DNA of 33,424 nucleotides, from contig JBBQQK010000003.1 in the NCBI GenBank assembly GCA_038216025.1, forward strand, positions 1-33,424, given 5' to 3'. Numbering within the stretch: position 1 is the first letter of the stretch; every line of letters begins with the position of its first letter. Position numbers and translations under genes: made by a program. Under the pieces are notes generated by a model. The model was given only the letters and a program-made list of their open reading frames with translations. It did not search any database and had not been told where the DNA came from. This DNA comes from Patescibacteria group bacterium (GTDB lineage Bacteria > Patescibacteriota > UBA1384 > XYA2-FULL-43-10 > 1-14-0-10-43-13). This document shows, one piece after another, positions 1 to 9,001 of the stretch.

Positions 1-141
1 CAACAACGAAAGACCACATTCTAGCTTAGATGATTTGACTCCAGTAGAAGTATACTTTAACAAAATTATTTAATTATTTAGTCCAAGACTTTACTATCTA
101 GAAACTTTCATGTAACTGTCTAGACAAGCGGTACCACCTTA
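1..141 (+). mobile_element. 3' end of an IS3-family insertion sequence (transposase C-terminus plus probable right terminal repeat)
   Basis: Frame 2..73 reads NNERPHSSLDDLTPVEVYFNKII*, matching the YNxxRPHSSL..LTP C-terminal motif of IS3-type integrase cores. It is followed by CTGTCTAGACAAGCGGTACCACCTTA (~116-141), which resembles IS3-family ends. The dedA frame resumes immediately afterwards. Confidence 0.75.
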
Positions 142-456
142 AAATACGGCCCAATGACAATTATTCTTGCGCGTTTTATACCAGTAGTGAGAACTTTTGC
201 TCCTATCGTCGCAGGTATTGGAAAAATGGATTACAAAGTATTTTTATCTTATAATATAATCGGTGGAATTCTCTGGACATTTACCCTCACCTTAGCCGGC
301 TTTATTCTTTCAAAAATCATACCTGACATAGAAAAACACCTTGAATTAGTCATCGTAATAATAATTATTATCTCTGTTATACCTCCGATACTTCATTTGA
401 TAAAAGAGAAGTTAATGAAAAAGAAAGAATTTTATGGATCACAAGAGTCTCTCTAA
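142..456 (+). pseudogene. dedA: C-terminal half of a DedA/SNARE-associated membrane protein, 5'-truncated by the IS
   Basis: The frame from 142 reads KYGPMTIILARFIPVVRTFAPIVAGIGKM, the conserved central DedA motif. The N-terminal half is absent and the IS end abuts it. Confidence 0.8.
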
Positions 457-553
457 TTCTCTTGAGAAATATCCGACCTTCCAAATGGAATCGGCCAATG
501 GTTGCAAAATCTTTCTCAACTGATAAAATAAGCTCTATTTACAGGATGACTAA

Positions 554-634
554 ATGAAAAATATTTACGCAACAATAATCGTCATTTTATTGCTGGTGCT
601 GTTTGTAGCTTCCAGCTTTGTTAGTTTTATCTAG
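554..634 (+). CDS. putative 26-aa single-TM small protein (MKNIYATIIVILLLVLFVASSFVSFI)
   Basis: Read by hand, below the ORF-track cutoff. AGGA lies 7 nt upstream of the ATG, the peptide is almost entirely hydrophobic, and its TAG overlaps the AGGAGG Shine-Dalgarno of the ATPase. Confidence 0.45.
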   Translation: MKNIYATIIVILLLVLFVASSFVSFI

Positions 635-642
635 GAGGACAA

Positions 643-3207
643 ATGGAAGGATTAACTTCCGCTGAAGCAAATATTAGACTCAAAGAGGTTGGTTTAAATA
701 AACTTGAAGACAAGTCGCCTGTTTCTCCTTGGAAAATTTTCTTTCGACAGATTAGAGGTAATTTTCTACTCTATGTGTTGGTGGCAGCGGCAATCATCTC
801 ACTGCTAGTCGATAAACATAGTACATCCTATACTATATTCGGCGTTATCGGGATAATTATTATAACCAGTTTTATCCAAGAGTTTAAAGCCGAAAAAGCC
901 ATCAAAGCGCTCGAAGGCATGATTTTGCCGACAACAAATGTGTTTCGAGACGGAAAGATCAAAGAAGCTCCATCTTCAGAAATTGTACCGGGAGATGCTT
1001 TGTCTTTGAAAACGGGAGAGAGGATTCCCGCCGATTGTATTGTTATGGAGGAAACTTGCTTAAGGGTAGATGAATCGGTTCTTACTGGTGAGTCAAAAGA
1101 GATTAAGAAATCTATCATTGTGGATAACGAAAACAATAGCAATAAATTATTCATGGGCACCTATATTACCGCCGGAAAATGCACTGCAAAGGTAATTGCA
1201 ACCGGCATGTCAACAGAGTTCGGCAAGATTGCTCAATTAATTTCGGCTACCGAAAAAGAAATGCCATTACAAAAGAAGGTTAATAAAATTGCAAAATACA
1301 TGGCAATTATCGCTTTTGTTGCCTCGGCATTTAATGGCACCGTTTTGCTCTTTGGTTATGAATCCGTAAATTCAACAGTTCTAATTGAAGTACTCATAGT
1401 AGTAATCGCTCTATCGGTATCGGCCATTCCAGAGGGATTACCTCTTGTACTGACCACCACCTTGGCGACTGGATCTTACAGGATGGCCAAAAAAAACGCG
1501 GTCGTAAATAGAATGTCAGTCATTGAAACCTTGGGTGAAACCACTGTTATTTGTTCGGATAAAACAGGGACGATCACCAAAGGAGAAATGAATGTTACTA
1601 AGGCATATTTTAATAATAAAACCTTTAATATCAATGAAAAATCTAATCATGAAATAATCCAGAAAGACTCAGAAGTTTTTTTCAAGACCGCAGTATTGTG
1701 TAATGATGCTATTCTGGAGCACGAAGACAAAGGCACCTATAAAATCTTCGGATCGCCGACAGAAAAAGCTTTAATATTAATGGGGATTCAATTCAACGCA
1801 AACAAAGATAATTATACCGGCAAAAAAACCGAAGAAATTCCATTTTCTTCCGAGAGAAAAAAGATGTCTATCTTGTATGAAGATAGAGGCAAGTCTTTTG
1901 TTTACGCAAAAGGAGCAGCAGAGATAATCCTAGACTGTTGCGATCGCATCCTCATAAATTCTAAAGAAAGTGAATTAGATAAATCGCAAAAAGAAAATAT
2001 TCATCAGAAAATTAAAGAGTTCAATGATGGCGGCCTCAGAACTATTGCCTTAGCATATAAAGAAACGAGCAACAACAATCCCGACACGATGGAAAAAGAA
2101 CTAATCTTCGTCGGTCTAGCAGGCATTGAAGATCCTCCTAGGGCAGAAGTGGCTGAGGCTATAAAAACATGTGAGAAGGCTGGCATAACAGTGAAGATTA
2201 TCACCGGTGACAATCTTCATACCGCCTTAGCTATTGCAAAACAGGTTGGTATTGAGGGCGAAGGCATTGAAGGTTCAGCTCTTGATGAGTTGGATGACAA
2301 AGAACTCCGATCCTTGGTCGCAAAAACCAATATTTTCGCCAGAGTAAAACCCGAGCAAAAACTCCGTATTATTAAAGCCCTGAAGAAAAACGGTGAAATA
2401 GTGACTATGACGGGCGACGGAGTAAATGACGCTCCTGCATTAAAAGAGTCGCATATAGGCGTTGCAATGGGCAAGAACGGAACCGATGTTACTAGAGGCG
2501 TAGCCGACATCACTTTGAAGGATGACAATTTCTCTACAATTGTTTTGGCAATAGCCGAGGGCAGGACGATATTTGGTAATATTAAGCGATTTGTAACTTA
2601 TCAGTTATCGATTAATTTTGCCCAACTCTCAATCATCACACTGGGCTCCATCTTCCATTTGCCCTTACCTCTACTTGCACTCCAAGTGTTATTTATAAAT
2701 TTGATTACCGACGTAATCCCGTCTATAAGCATCGGTTTAACGCCACCACATGCCAACGTAATGAATCAAAAGCCAAGATCTAATTCAGATCTCATTGATA
2801 AGCGCTCGGTTACAAGAATTCTGATATTAGGTAGCGTGATGGTTGCCGGAACATTAGGTGTGTACTATTACTTCTTGCGTAAGACAGGTTGGAATATTGA
2901 ACTTTCTAGAACAATAGCTTTATTAACGTTGATTTTTTTTGTCGTCGCCAACTCTTACAATTTCAGATCGCTTCACACGCTTGTATTAAAAACTTCATTG
3001 TTTAGCAATAAATTCCTCATATATTCATCAATCATAACTCTTTTGGGCGCATACATTATTACCCATGCACCGCTAAACAAGATATTTGAGACGACGCATC
3101 TAGACTCGATTTATTGGATAACAGCCGGATTGCTTTCTTTAAGTATTATTGTTGTTTCCGATTTCATAAAAATATTTTTCAATAGGTATGAAAAATTCAA
3201 AGAGTAA
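643..3207 (+). CDS. P-type II cation-transporting ATPase (Ca2+-ATPase-like)
   Basis: Motifs LTGES, PEGLP, CSDKTGT (phosphorylated Asp), KGAAE, TGD and GDGVNDAP are present with multiple TM helices and an AGGAGG RBS. Confidence 0.95.
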   Translation: MEGLTSAEANIRLKEVGLNKLEDKSPVSPWKIFFRQIRGNFLLYVLVAAAIISLLVDKHSTSYTIFGVIGIIIITSFIQEFKAEKAIKALEGMILPTTNVFRDGKIKEAPSSEIVPGDALSLKTGERIPADCIVMEETCLRVDESVLTGESKEIKKSIIVDNENNSNKLFMGTYITAGKCTAKVIATGMSTEFGKIAQLISATEKEMPLQKKVNKIAKYMAIIAFVASAFNGTVLLFGYESVNSTVLIEVLIVVIALSVSAIPEGLPLVLTTTLATGSYRMAKKNAVVNRMSVIETLGETTVICSDKTGTITKGEMNVTKAYFNNKTFNINEKSNHEIIQKDSEVFFKTAVLCNDAILEHEDKGTYKIFGSPTEKALILMGIQFNANKDNYTGKKTEEIPFSSERKKMSILYEDRGKSFVYAKGAAEIILDCCDRILINSKESELDKSQKENIHQKIKEFNDGGLRTIALAYKETSNNNPDTMEKELIFVGLAGIEDPPRAEVAEAIKTCEKAGITVKIITGDNLHTALAIAKQVGIEGEGIEGSALDELDDKELRSLVAKTNIFARVKPEQKLRIIKALKKNGEIVTMTGDGVNDAPALKESHIGVAMGKNGTDVTRGVADITLKDDNFSTIVLAIAEGRTIFGNIKRFVTYQLSINFAQLSIITLGSIFHLPLPLLALQVLFINLITDVIPSISIGLTPPHANVMNQKPRSNSDLIDKRSVTRILILGSVMVAGTLGVYYYFLRKTGWNIELSRTIALLTLIFFVVANSYNFRSLHTLVLKTSLFSNKFLIYSSIITLLGAYIITHAPLNKIFETTHLDSIYWITAGLLSLSIIVVSDFIKIFFNRYEKFKE

Positions 3208-3431
3208 TAGCTTTTCAATTGGCAGAGCTTATTAGTTAGTTTAATTCTCAAAAGCTCAACAATTATTTAGTGTTTTAGGGTTATAAAAAAATTCGATAGT
3301 AAATTAGGGTCAAAGTGGCAAACCACCAAAACAAGCACCTTTGGCAACAAAAAAGACCCTAAACAACTATTATGGTCTTTTTTTTGTATATAAACTGGTT
3401 TCAAAGCTTACAATTAGTTTCAGAATATTTA

Positions 3432-3473
3432 TGGCGGAGAGCCTGCCTGCCGGTAGGCAGGGGCGGGATTCGA
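3432..3473 (-). repeat. duplicate of the tRNA-Ser 3' end, interrupted by a 20-bp near-palindrome
   Basis: TGGCGGAGAG (3432-3441) plus GGCGGGATTCGA (3462-3473) equals 3607-3628. CCTGCCTGCCGGTAGGCAGG is inserted at 3442-3461. Confidence 0.85.
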
Positions 3474-3606
3474 CCACCCGTCAAATTCTGCTGAATTTGC
3501 GGTCGGCCCCGGCTCCCCCGACGTATCGGGGTCCGCCTTTCTCATCCCTTTTACTGTCAGCCTTTACCAAACCTACTGGCCTGACGGCCGTAGCTTTAGC
3601 AAGGGC

Positions 3607-3695
3607 TGGCGGAGAGGGCGGGATTCGAACCCGCGATACCTTGCGGTATACACGCTTTCCAAGCGTGCGCACTAGGCCAACTATGCGACCTCTCC
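3607..3695 (-). tRNA. tRNA-Ser (anticodon GGA)
   Basis: Minus strand reads GGAGAGGTCGCATAGTTGGCCTAGTGCGCACGCTTGGAAAGCGTGTATACCGCAAGGTATCGCGGGTTCGAATCCCGCCCTCTCCGCCA. It has an acceptor stem, anticodon arm CACGC-TTGGAAA-GCGTG, a long variable arm, a GGTTCGAATCC T-arm and an encoded CCA. Confidence 0.97.
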
Positions 3696-3717
3696 GTGTT
3701 TATAGGCTGATGTTTGA

Positions 3718-3746
3718 ATTTTAGCACTTTCCTCTGTATTATTCAA
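3718..3746 (-). promoter_or_regulatory. sigma70-type promoter for tRNA-Ser
   Basis: Minus strand TTGAAT-17 nt-TAAAAT with a TGn extension, ending about 22 nt upstream of the tRNA 5' end. Confidence 0.55.
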
Positions 3747-3929
3747 TTGAGGCTATAGAACGATTGTATTCCTTATTGTGCGATTATTTGCCAAAAATAA
3801 AAGTTAAGGTAAAAATTGTTGCAAAAAGGGATAGATCGTAAAGTGTGAAAAAGTATGAATATCGGACAATCGGCCGTTATGATAAAGTATGAACAAATTA
3901 CAAATCTCTAATCTAGAAGCTTGTTAAAA

Positions 3930-5648
3930 ATGGACGAAGTACAAGAAATAAAAGAAAAAATCGATATTGTCGAAGTCATTTCGAGCTATTTGACGTTGAA
4001 AAAAGCAGGTGTTAACTGGAAAGCGAAGTGTCCTTTTCATAACGAAAAATCCCCATCCATGATGATCTCTGCCGAGCGGCAAAGTTTCAAGTGTTTCGGA
4101 TGCGGCGAAGGGGGAGATGTCTTTACTTTTATCGAAAAAATAGAGGGAATAGATTTTTATAATACTTTAAAACTTTTGTCAGAGCGGGCCGGCGTACAAT
4201 TGAAAACAAAGCAGATTAGTTATGCTGGAAGAGAGCATACTTCTGATAACAAGACTAGATCTTTTGAAATGAATGAATGGGCTAAAAAGTTGTACCATAA
4301 GGTTTTGATTGATCATCCAAAAGCAGAAAAATCCAGAGAGTACTTATCTAATCGCGGTCTTAGTTTGGATACTATTAAATCATTTGAGCTTGGATATGCT
4401 CCAAAATCATGGGATTTTCTCATAAAGTTCTTGAAGAGCAAAGGTTATCAGGAAAAAGAGATGTCCTCCGCAGGTTTGGTTATCCAGAACGAAAAAGGAA
4501 GTCACTACGATCGTTTTAGGGGCCGTATTATGTTTCCGATAAATAACATAATGGGCAATACGATAGCGTTTACTTCCAGAATTTTAGAAGATGAAGGAGA
4601 ACAGGCCAAATACATCAATTCGTCAGAATCACCGATCTATGTAAAAGGCAAAACGATCTATGGTCTGGACAAGGCTAAAATGGCGATCAAAGAAAAAGAT
4701 CTGGCGATTTTTGTTGAGGGGAATATGGATGTGATCGCTTGTCATCAATCGGGGTTTAAAAATGTAGTTGCGACGTCAGGAACCGCTTTGACAGCAGATC
4801 AATTAAAAATATTAACCAGGTATGCATCAACGATAGCTTTTTCATTCGATTCTGATAATGCAGGGCAAATAGCTTTCAAAAAGGCTGTCGAGCTATCGAT
4901 AAAAAATGATATTAGCAGCAAGATTATTTCTATTCCTTTTCCCTATAAAGATCCCGATGAGGTTATCAAAAAAAATCCGGAACTTTGGCAAAAAGCCGTT
5001 GATGAAGCTAAGCCAGCCGTCGAATATTGGATTGACTGCCTTGTAAAGAAAACCCCCGACCTGAATACAATTGATAAGAAAAAGATTGCAAAGGAAATAC
5101 TGCCAGTCATTAAGCTTGTTTATTCTGATATTGAAAAAGAATGTGATTTAAAATATCTTTCAAAAAGACTTATGGTCTCTGAAAAATCTTTATTAGCAGC
5201 TTTAGAAAAAACAGTAGACCAGGGGAAAGAGACTGTAAAAGAGACTCTGGATAAGCCAAAGCTCAACTTTGAGCAGAAAATTATGGGCATTTTGTGGCTT
5301 ACTCCGCAGCTCATTGAAAAGATAGACCCTAGCTTAATAGAGTTTATTGCTGATGAAAATAATAAAAGCTCGTTGGAAAAATTATTGAAAGGTTCCAACA
5401 AAGAGTCGTTTGCTCCGGGCATAGCATGTGAATACGACCAATACGCGCTGATGACTTTTGAGGAGTACAATACTCAGGATCCAGAGTTATTGTTTAGTGA
5501 GCTTCAATTCTTGTTGGGTCGCTTGAAGTCAGACAAAAGGGAAGAATTGAGAGAAGAATTCGCAAAAAAGATTAGAGAAGCAGAGATGATGAACGATAAG
5601 AATAGGCTCAAAGAGTTGCTTGTAGAGTTCTCTACCTTGATAAAATGA
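3930..5648 (+). CDS. dnaG: DNA primase
   Basis: CHC2 zinc finger (CPFHNEKSPS...CFGC), DRFRGRIMFPI, KYINS, TOPRIM VEGNMDV and FDSDNAG, and KDPDE. ATG 3930 is preferred over TTG 3921. Confidence 0.97.
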   Translation: MDEVQEIKEKIDIVEVISSYLTLKKAGVNWKAKCPFHNEKSPSMMISAERQSFKCFGCGEGGDVFTFIEKIEGIDFYNTLKLLSERAGVQLKTKQISYAGREHTSDNKTRSFEMNEWAKKLYHKVLIDHPKAEKSREYLSNRGLSLDTIKSFELGYAPKSWDFLIKFLKSKGYQEKEMSSAGLVIQNEKGSHYDRFRGRIMFPINNIMGNTIAFTSRILEDEGEQAKYINSSESPIYVKGKTIYGLDKAKMAIKEKDLAIFVEGNMDVIACHQSGFKNVVATSGTALTADQLKILTRYASTIAFSFDSDNAGQIAFKKAVELSIKNDISSKIISIPFPYKDPDEVIKKNPELWQKAVDEAKPAVEYWIDCLVKKTPDLNTIDKKKIAKEILPVIKLVYSDIEKECDLKYLSKRLMVSEKSLLAALEKTVDQGKETVKETLDKPKLNFEQKIMGILWLTPQLIEKIDPSLIEFIADENNKSSLEKLLKGSNKESFAPGIACEYDQYALMTFEEYNTQDPELLFSELQFLLGRLKSDKREELREEFAKKIREAEMMNDKNRLKELLVEFSTLIK

Positions 5649-5656
5649 CGAACTTT

Positions 5657-5665
5657 TGATATAAT
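5657..5665 (+). promoter_or_regulatory. extended -10 element upstream of rpoD
   Basis: TGATATAAT in the dnaG-rpoD intergenic region. Confidence 0.4.
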
Positions 5666-5736
5666 TATAATTAAAGAATTCCAATTTTGGAATTTGTTTA
5701 GATTTATGGGCTCTAATATTTATCTAGGGAAAAAAT

Positions 5737-6855
5737 ATGGCAAAAAAAGTTTTTGTTCCAAAAAAGGAAGAACCATTAGAGTTTTCGTCTGCGGTTAATA
5801 CTTTGTTGCTTAAGGGGCGGGCGCACGGTTACATTTCTATGCAAGAACTCGTTCAAGCATTTCCTTCACCAGAGGAAAACGTTTCTGAACTGGACGAAAT
5901 TTTTGATTACATATACAGGAACGGTATCGACTTCATGGAAGAAGTTGAAAAGCCAAAAGGTGTCCTTGAAAAAATTCTCAAAGAAGGCAAGAAAAAGGAT
6001 GATTCTCCGGAAATAAGCTTAGAAGATATTGCCGATGACTCAGTCAGAATGTATCTGCGTGAAATTGGAAAAATTTCTTTGCTTATAACAGAGGAAGAAA
6101 TACGGTTGGCAAAAAGAATTGAAAAGGGTGATATTCTGGCTAAAAAGAAACTTGCTGAAGCAAATTTGCGTTTGGTTGTGTCAATCACCAAAAAGTATAT
6201 TGGTAGAGGATTGTCTCTGCTTGATCTAATACAAGAAGGCAATACCGGATTGATGAGGGCTGTTGAAAAATTTGATTACCGTAAAGGTTTTAAATTTTCA
6301 ACTTATGCTACTTGGTGGATCAGACAAGCGATCACAAGAGCTATAGCTGATCAAGCGAGGACAATTCGTATTCCGGTTCACATGATTGAAACAATCAATA
6401 AACTGATACGAGTTGAGAGACAGCTTGTTCAAGAGCTCGGACGCGAACCAACCCCGGAAGAAATTGCTCAAGAATTGGGCTTGGATGTCGAGAAAGTCGA
6501 ACATATTATCAAGATATCTCAAGAAACAGTATCACTTGAAGCACCTGTCGGCGAGGAAGAGGATTCTAAATTGGGCGATTTTATTGAAGATGATAAAAAT
6601 ATCTCTCCAGAAGAGTCTACTTCACAACAACTGCTCAAAGACAAAATAAAAGAGTTTCTCAATGAACTCTCACCAAGAGAACAAAAAATATTGAAGATGA
6701 GATTTGGCTTAGAAGATGGAAGAACTCATACTCTCGAAGAAGTAGGTCAAGAATTCGGCGTGACCAGAGAGCGAATTCGTCAAATTGAAGCGAAGGCATT
6801 AGCTAAGCTTAAAAAAGGCGAAAAAGCAAAAGACTTAGAAGAATATTTAGGATAA
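5737..6855 (+). CDS. rpoD: RNA polymerase primary sigma factor sigma70
   Basis: [58 protein letters not shown] and TRERIRQIE; follows dnaG. Confidence 0.98.
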   Translation: MAKKVFVPKKEEPLEFSSAVNTLLLKGRAHGYISMQELVQAFPSPEENVSELDEIFDYIYRNGIDFMEEVEKPKGVLEKILKEGKKKDDSPEISLEDIADDSVRMYLREIGKISLLITEEEIRLAKRIEKGDILAKKKLAEANLRLVVSITKKYIGRGLSLLDLIQEGNTGLMRAVEKFDYRKGFKFSTYATWWIRQAITRAIADQARTIRIPVHMIETINKLIRVERQLVQELGREPTPEEIAQELGLDVEKVEHIIKISQETVSLEAPVGEEEDSKLGDFIEDDKNISPEESTSQQLLKDKIKEFLNELSPREQKILKMRFGLEDGRTHTLEEVGQEFGVTRERIRQIEAKALAKLKKGEKAKDLEEYLG

Positions 6856-6859
6856 ATTG

Positions 6860-6898
6860 ATTAAAAAAATAGAGCCCAATGGGCTCTATTTTTTTAAT
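6860..6898. terminator. bidirectional intrinsic terminator
   Basis: Perfect inverted repeat ATTAAAAAAATAGAGCCCA-A-TGGGCTCTATTTTTTTAAT just after the rpoD stop. Confidence 0.85.
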
Positions 6899-6968
6899 AT
6901 CTCGAATTCCGGTTTTTCTAGACAAATCCTGACAGGTAGCACTTGCTTTCCATACTACCTCCTTTCGT

Positions 6969-7065
6969 GGACTAATTAATGTCCTGGTGGATCATATGGC
7001 GAAGGGTTAATAATTTTGACCCTAGGGTCAGACCAGTTTGCCGGTCGATGCATTTAACCCTTTGC
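6969..7065. ncRNA. candidate structured RNA (three-way junction), family unknown
   Basis: An outer stem GCGAAGGGTTAA/TTAACCCTTTGC (6999-7010 with 7054-7065) encloses hairpins TGACCCTAGGGTCA and GACCAGTTTGCCGGTC. A further small hairpin lies at 6969-6984. Confidence 0.3.
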
Positions 7066-7308
7066 AATTACTTCAATATTAGATTAGTCCTATCGCAATC
7101 AACGCGCAATATATTGAAGGGGAATGTATGGGATCATCAGTTTTGTACTACACAATTTCATACATATTTTCAAGACTTATTTCGTTGTTGTGCTTTGTGT
7201 GCGATTGGACGTTTTTTTATCGATAAAGTATAATATATGGGTAGGAAACTTGAATGCTCTAAAGTAGCGGTATTGTTTTCTTTATTTAAAATGATGATAA
7301 GGAGATAA

Positions 7309-7866
7309 ATGGCTAAAAAGATATTACGCAAGCGTTATTTAATTCCCGCAGCAATTTTTGCTATTTTTTTATCATTTTACATTTTATATTTAAAGCCAAA
7401 TCCTGTCTTACGCGTTGATGCAAATAAGATTATCGCCCGAGGCAAAAATACCTCCGCTTTGAATATCATTGCTCCAGAGGAAATTGATGGCGTCGGCAAA
7501 ACTTTTACGGTGCAAATCGAGCTTGATTCTATGGGAACTTTTGTTAACGCTATTCAAAGTTATTTAGAATTTGACCCTCGAGTACTTCAAATTTCAGATG
7601 TTGATACTTCTCAATCGTTTTGTAAATTTTACCCCGAGAATAATTTCAATAACGAAAAGGGTATCGTTAAGTTATCATGCGGCAGTCCATATCCAGGATT
7701 CAGGGGCAAAAACATTGTTCAAAAAATTGATTTTACGACAAAAGCTATTAGGACAACTGAGTTGAAGTTACAAAAAGATAGCATGGTTCTTGCAAATGAT
7801 GGCAAAGGTACAAATTTATTAAAGGAGTTGCCCACGGTTTCTATCAAAGTTAAAGCAGCTTTATGA
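7309..7866 (+). CDS. membrane-anchored cohesin-like domain protein
   Basis: N-terminal TM helix, then GKTFTVQIELDS..VNAIQSYLEFDPRVLQI, a cohesin-like beta-sandwich pattern. AAGGAG RBS. Confidence 0.7.
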   Translation: MAKKILRKRYLIPAAIFAIFLSFYILYLKPNPVLRVDANKIIARGKNTSALNIIAPEEIDGVGKTFTVQIELDSMGTFVNAIQSYLEFDPRVLQISDVDTSQSFCKFYPENNFNNEKGIVKLSCGSPYPGFRGKNIVQKIDFTTKAIRTTELKLQKDSMVLANDGKGTNLLKELPTVSIKVKAAL

Positions 7867-8912
7867 TAAATGTTTTCCAAAAAAAGAATTTTTTCTTATT
7901 CTTCTTTGCTTTATGCCTAGTCAGTATTTGGCTATTTTTACCATATCGGATTTTTGCGAAGGAAGTAGTTCTATCTACTGATGCGGTCAGTGTAGAAGCA
8001 GAGAAAATCATTCAAATCAAGGTCAGTATTAATACCGATGCGGAGAAAGTTAACGCAATTGGTTTTGTAATTGATTTTTCAACAGAAATACTAGAAGGGC
8101 TTACCCCCAATCAGTCTGGTTCTTCCTTCCCTATGTGTGCTACTTTGTCGTCTACAAAATATGAATGCGGGGTTTCAGGACAAAATGGTTTTTCAGGAGG
8201 GGGGCTGGTGACCACTTTGACTTTTAGGGGAAGGACAGCTGGTGCAACCACTATTACCCTCAGGAATTTCAACGCACATATGACAAGAGAGATAAACGGT
8301 TCACCCGTTGTAGAAACAATTTCCGGATTTGAACCGAATCCAATAGAAATTACCGTTCTTGGGTCGGGCACAAAACAACAAAGAGACAATGCTGGCCCTT
8401 TAATACAAGATAGCAGCAATCAATTACCGGCTCCTTCAGCACTTCCTGCCGGGCAAACTGCTGAATCGCCTCAGCCAACAGAACCCGGCCAGTCTTTAGG
8501 GTCTCGCATTCAAGTTCCTGGAAAAATAGGTGCCGGTCCGGAAGAAATTCTAAAACAGGCCGCAACCGAAACACAACAATCTTTAGTTAAAGGACTTTTT
8601 TCTTCGAACAATAAAACCTACTTAAGTTTATTTCCAACCCTTCTTTTGTTAGCTCTAGCTTCTTTCTTAGGCACTAGATTACATTTTTCGGAAAAAAAGC
8701 GTCATATAGAAATTGAACGCCTTTTTGATAAGCAGCTCGGAATGCTTTCTTCCTTAGAGAGCAAAATCGACTTAGTAGAGCAAAAAGGTGGAGGAGGCAA
8801 GGAGAAATTCCTTTCAGAATTTGAAGAAGCTAAAGAAGAAATTATAAATATTGAAAAAGTCGGTGGTAAGCATGAGGACAAAGCTGAGGATAAGGTTGAG
8901 GATAAAGCCTGA
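7863..8912 (+). CDS. exported cohesin-like protein with Pro/Gln linker, C-terminal TM and charged tail
   Basis: Signal peptide, IQIKVSINTDAEKVNAIGFVIDFS...GLVTTLTFRGRTAGATTITL, a P/Q-rich linker, a TM segment (LFPTLLLLALASFLG) and an E/K-rich tail. ATGA overlap with the previous gene. Confidence 0.65.
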   Translation: MINVFQKKNFFLFFFALCLVSIWLFLPYRIFAKEVVLSTDAVSVEAEKIIQIKVSINTDAEKVNAIGFVIDFSTEILEGLTPNQSGSSFPMCATLSSTKYECGVSGQNGFSGGGLVTTLTFRGRTAGATTITLRNFNAHMTREINGSPVVETISGFEPNPIEITVLGSGTKQQRDNAGPLIQDSSNQLPAPSALPAGQTAESPQPTEPGQSLGSRIQVPGKIGAGPEEILKQAATETQQSLVKGLFSSNNKTYLSLFPTLLLLALASFLGTRLHFSEKKRHIEIERLFDKQLGMLSSLESKIDLVEQKGGGGKEKFLSEFEEAKEEIINIEKVGGKHEDKAEDKVEDKA

Positions 8913-8924
8913 TAAGCAGGAGAT

Positions 8925-8954
8925 TTGACAACCATGGCCATTATTGCATATCAT
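8925..8954 (+). promoter_or_regulatory. sigma70-type promoter
   Basis: TTGACA-18 nt-TATCAT upstream of the AAGGAG RBS of 9002. Confidence 0.45.
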
Positions 8955-9001
8955 AATAGTAAGTTTAAGATAACCAAAAATGTTTTCATAAAGGAGAAAC
9001 T

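Noticed and set aside
3341-3724. 127-aa ORF (+) and 63-aa ORF 3481..3672 (-)
   Set aside because: Both overlap the tRNA-Ser and its palindromic repeats and are shadow ORFs.
7030-7050. GGCAAAC on the minus strand, reminiscent of a c-di-GMP-I riboswitch
   Set aside because: The following GAAA-tetraloop stem and GCAAA/receptor elements are not present.
6979-7233. 84-aa ORF in the rpoD-cohesin intergenic region
   Set aside because: No RBS, atypical composition (Cys/Trp/Arg-rich), and it overlaps a structured non-coding element.
8874-8909. Three imperfect 12-bp tandem repeats (EDKA-EDKV-EDKA)
   Set aside because: A short coding low-complexity tail, not a CRISPR array or other functional repeat.
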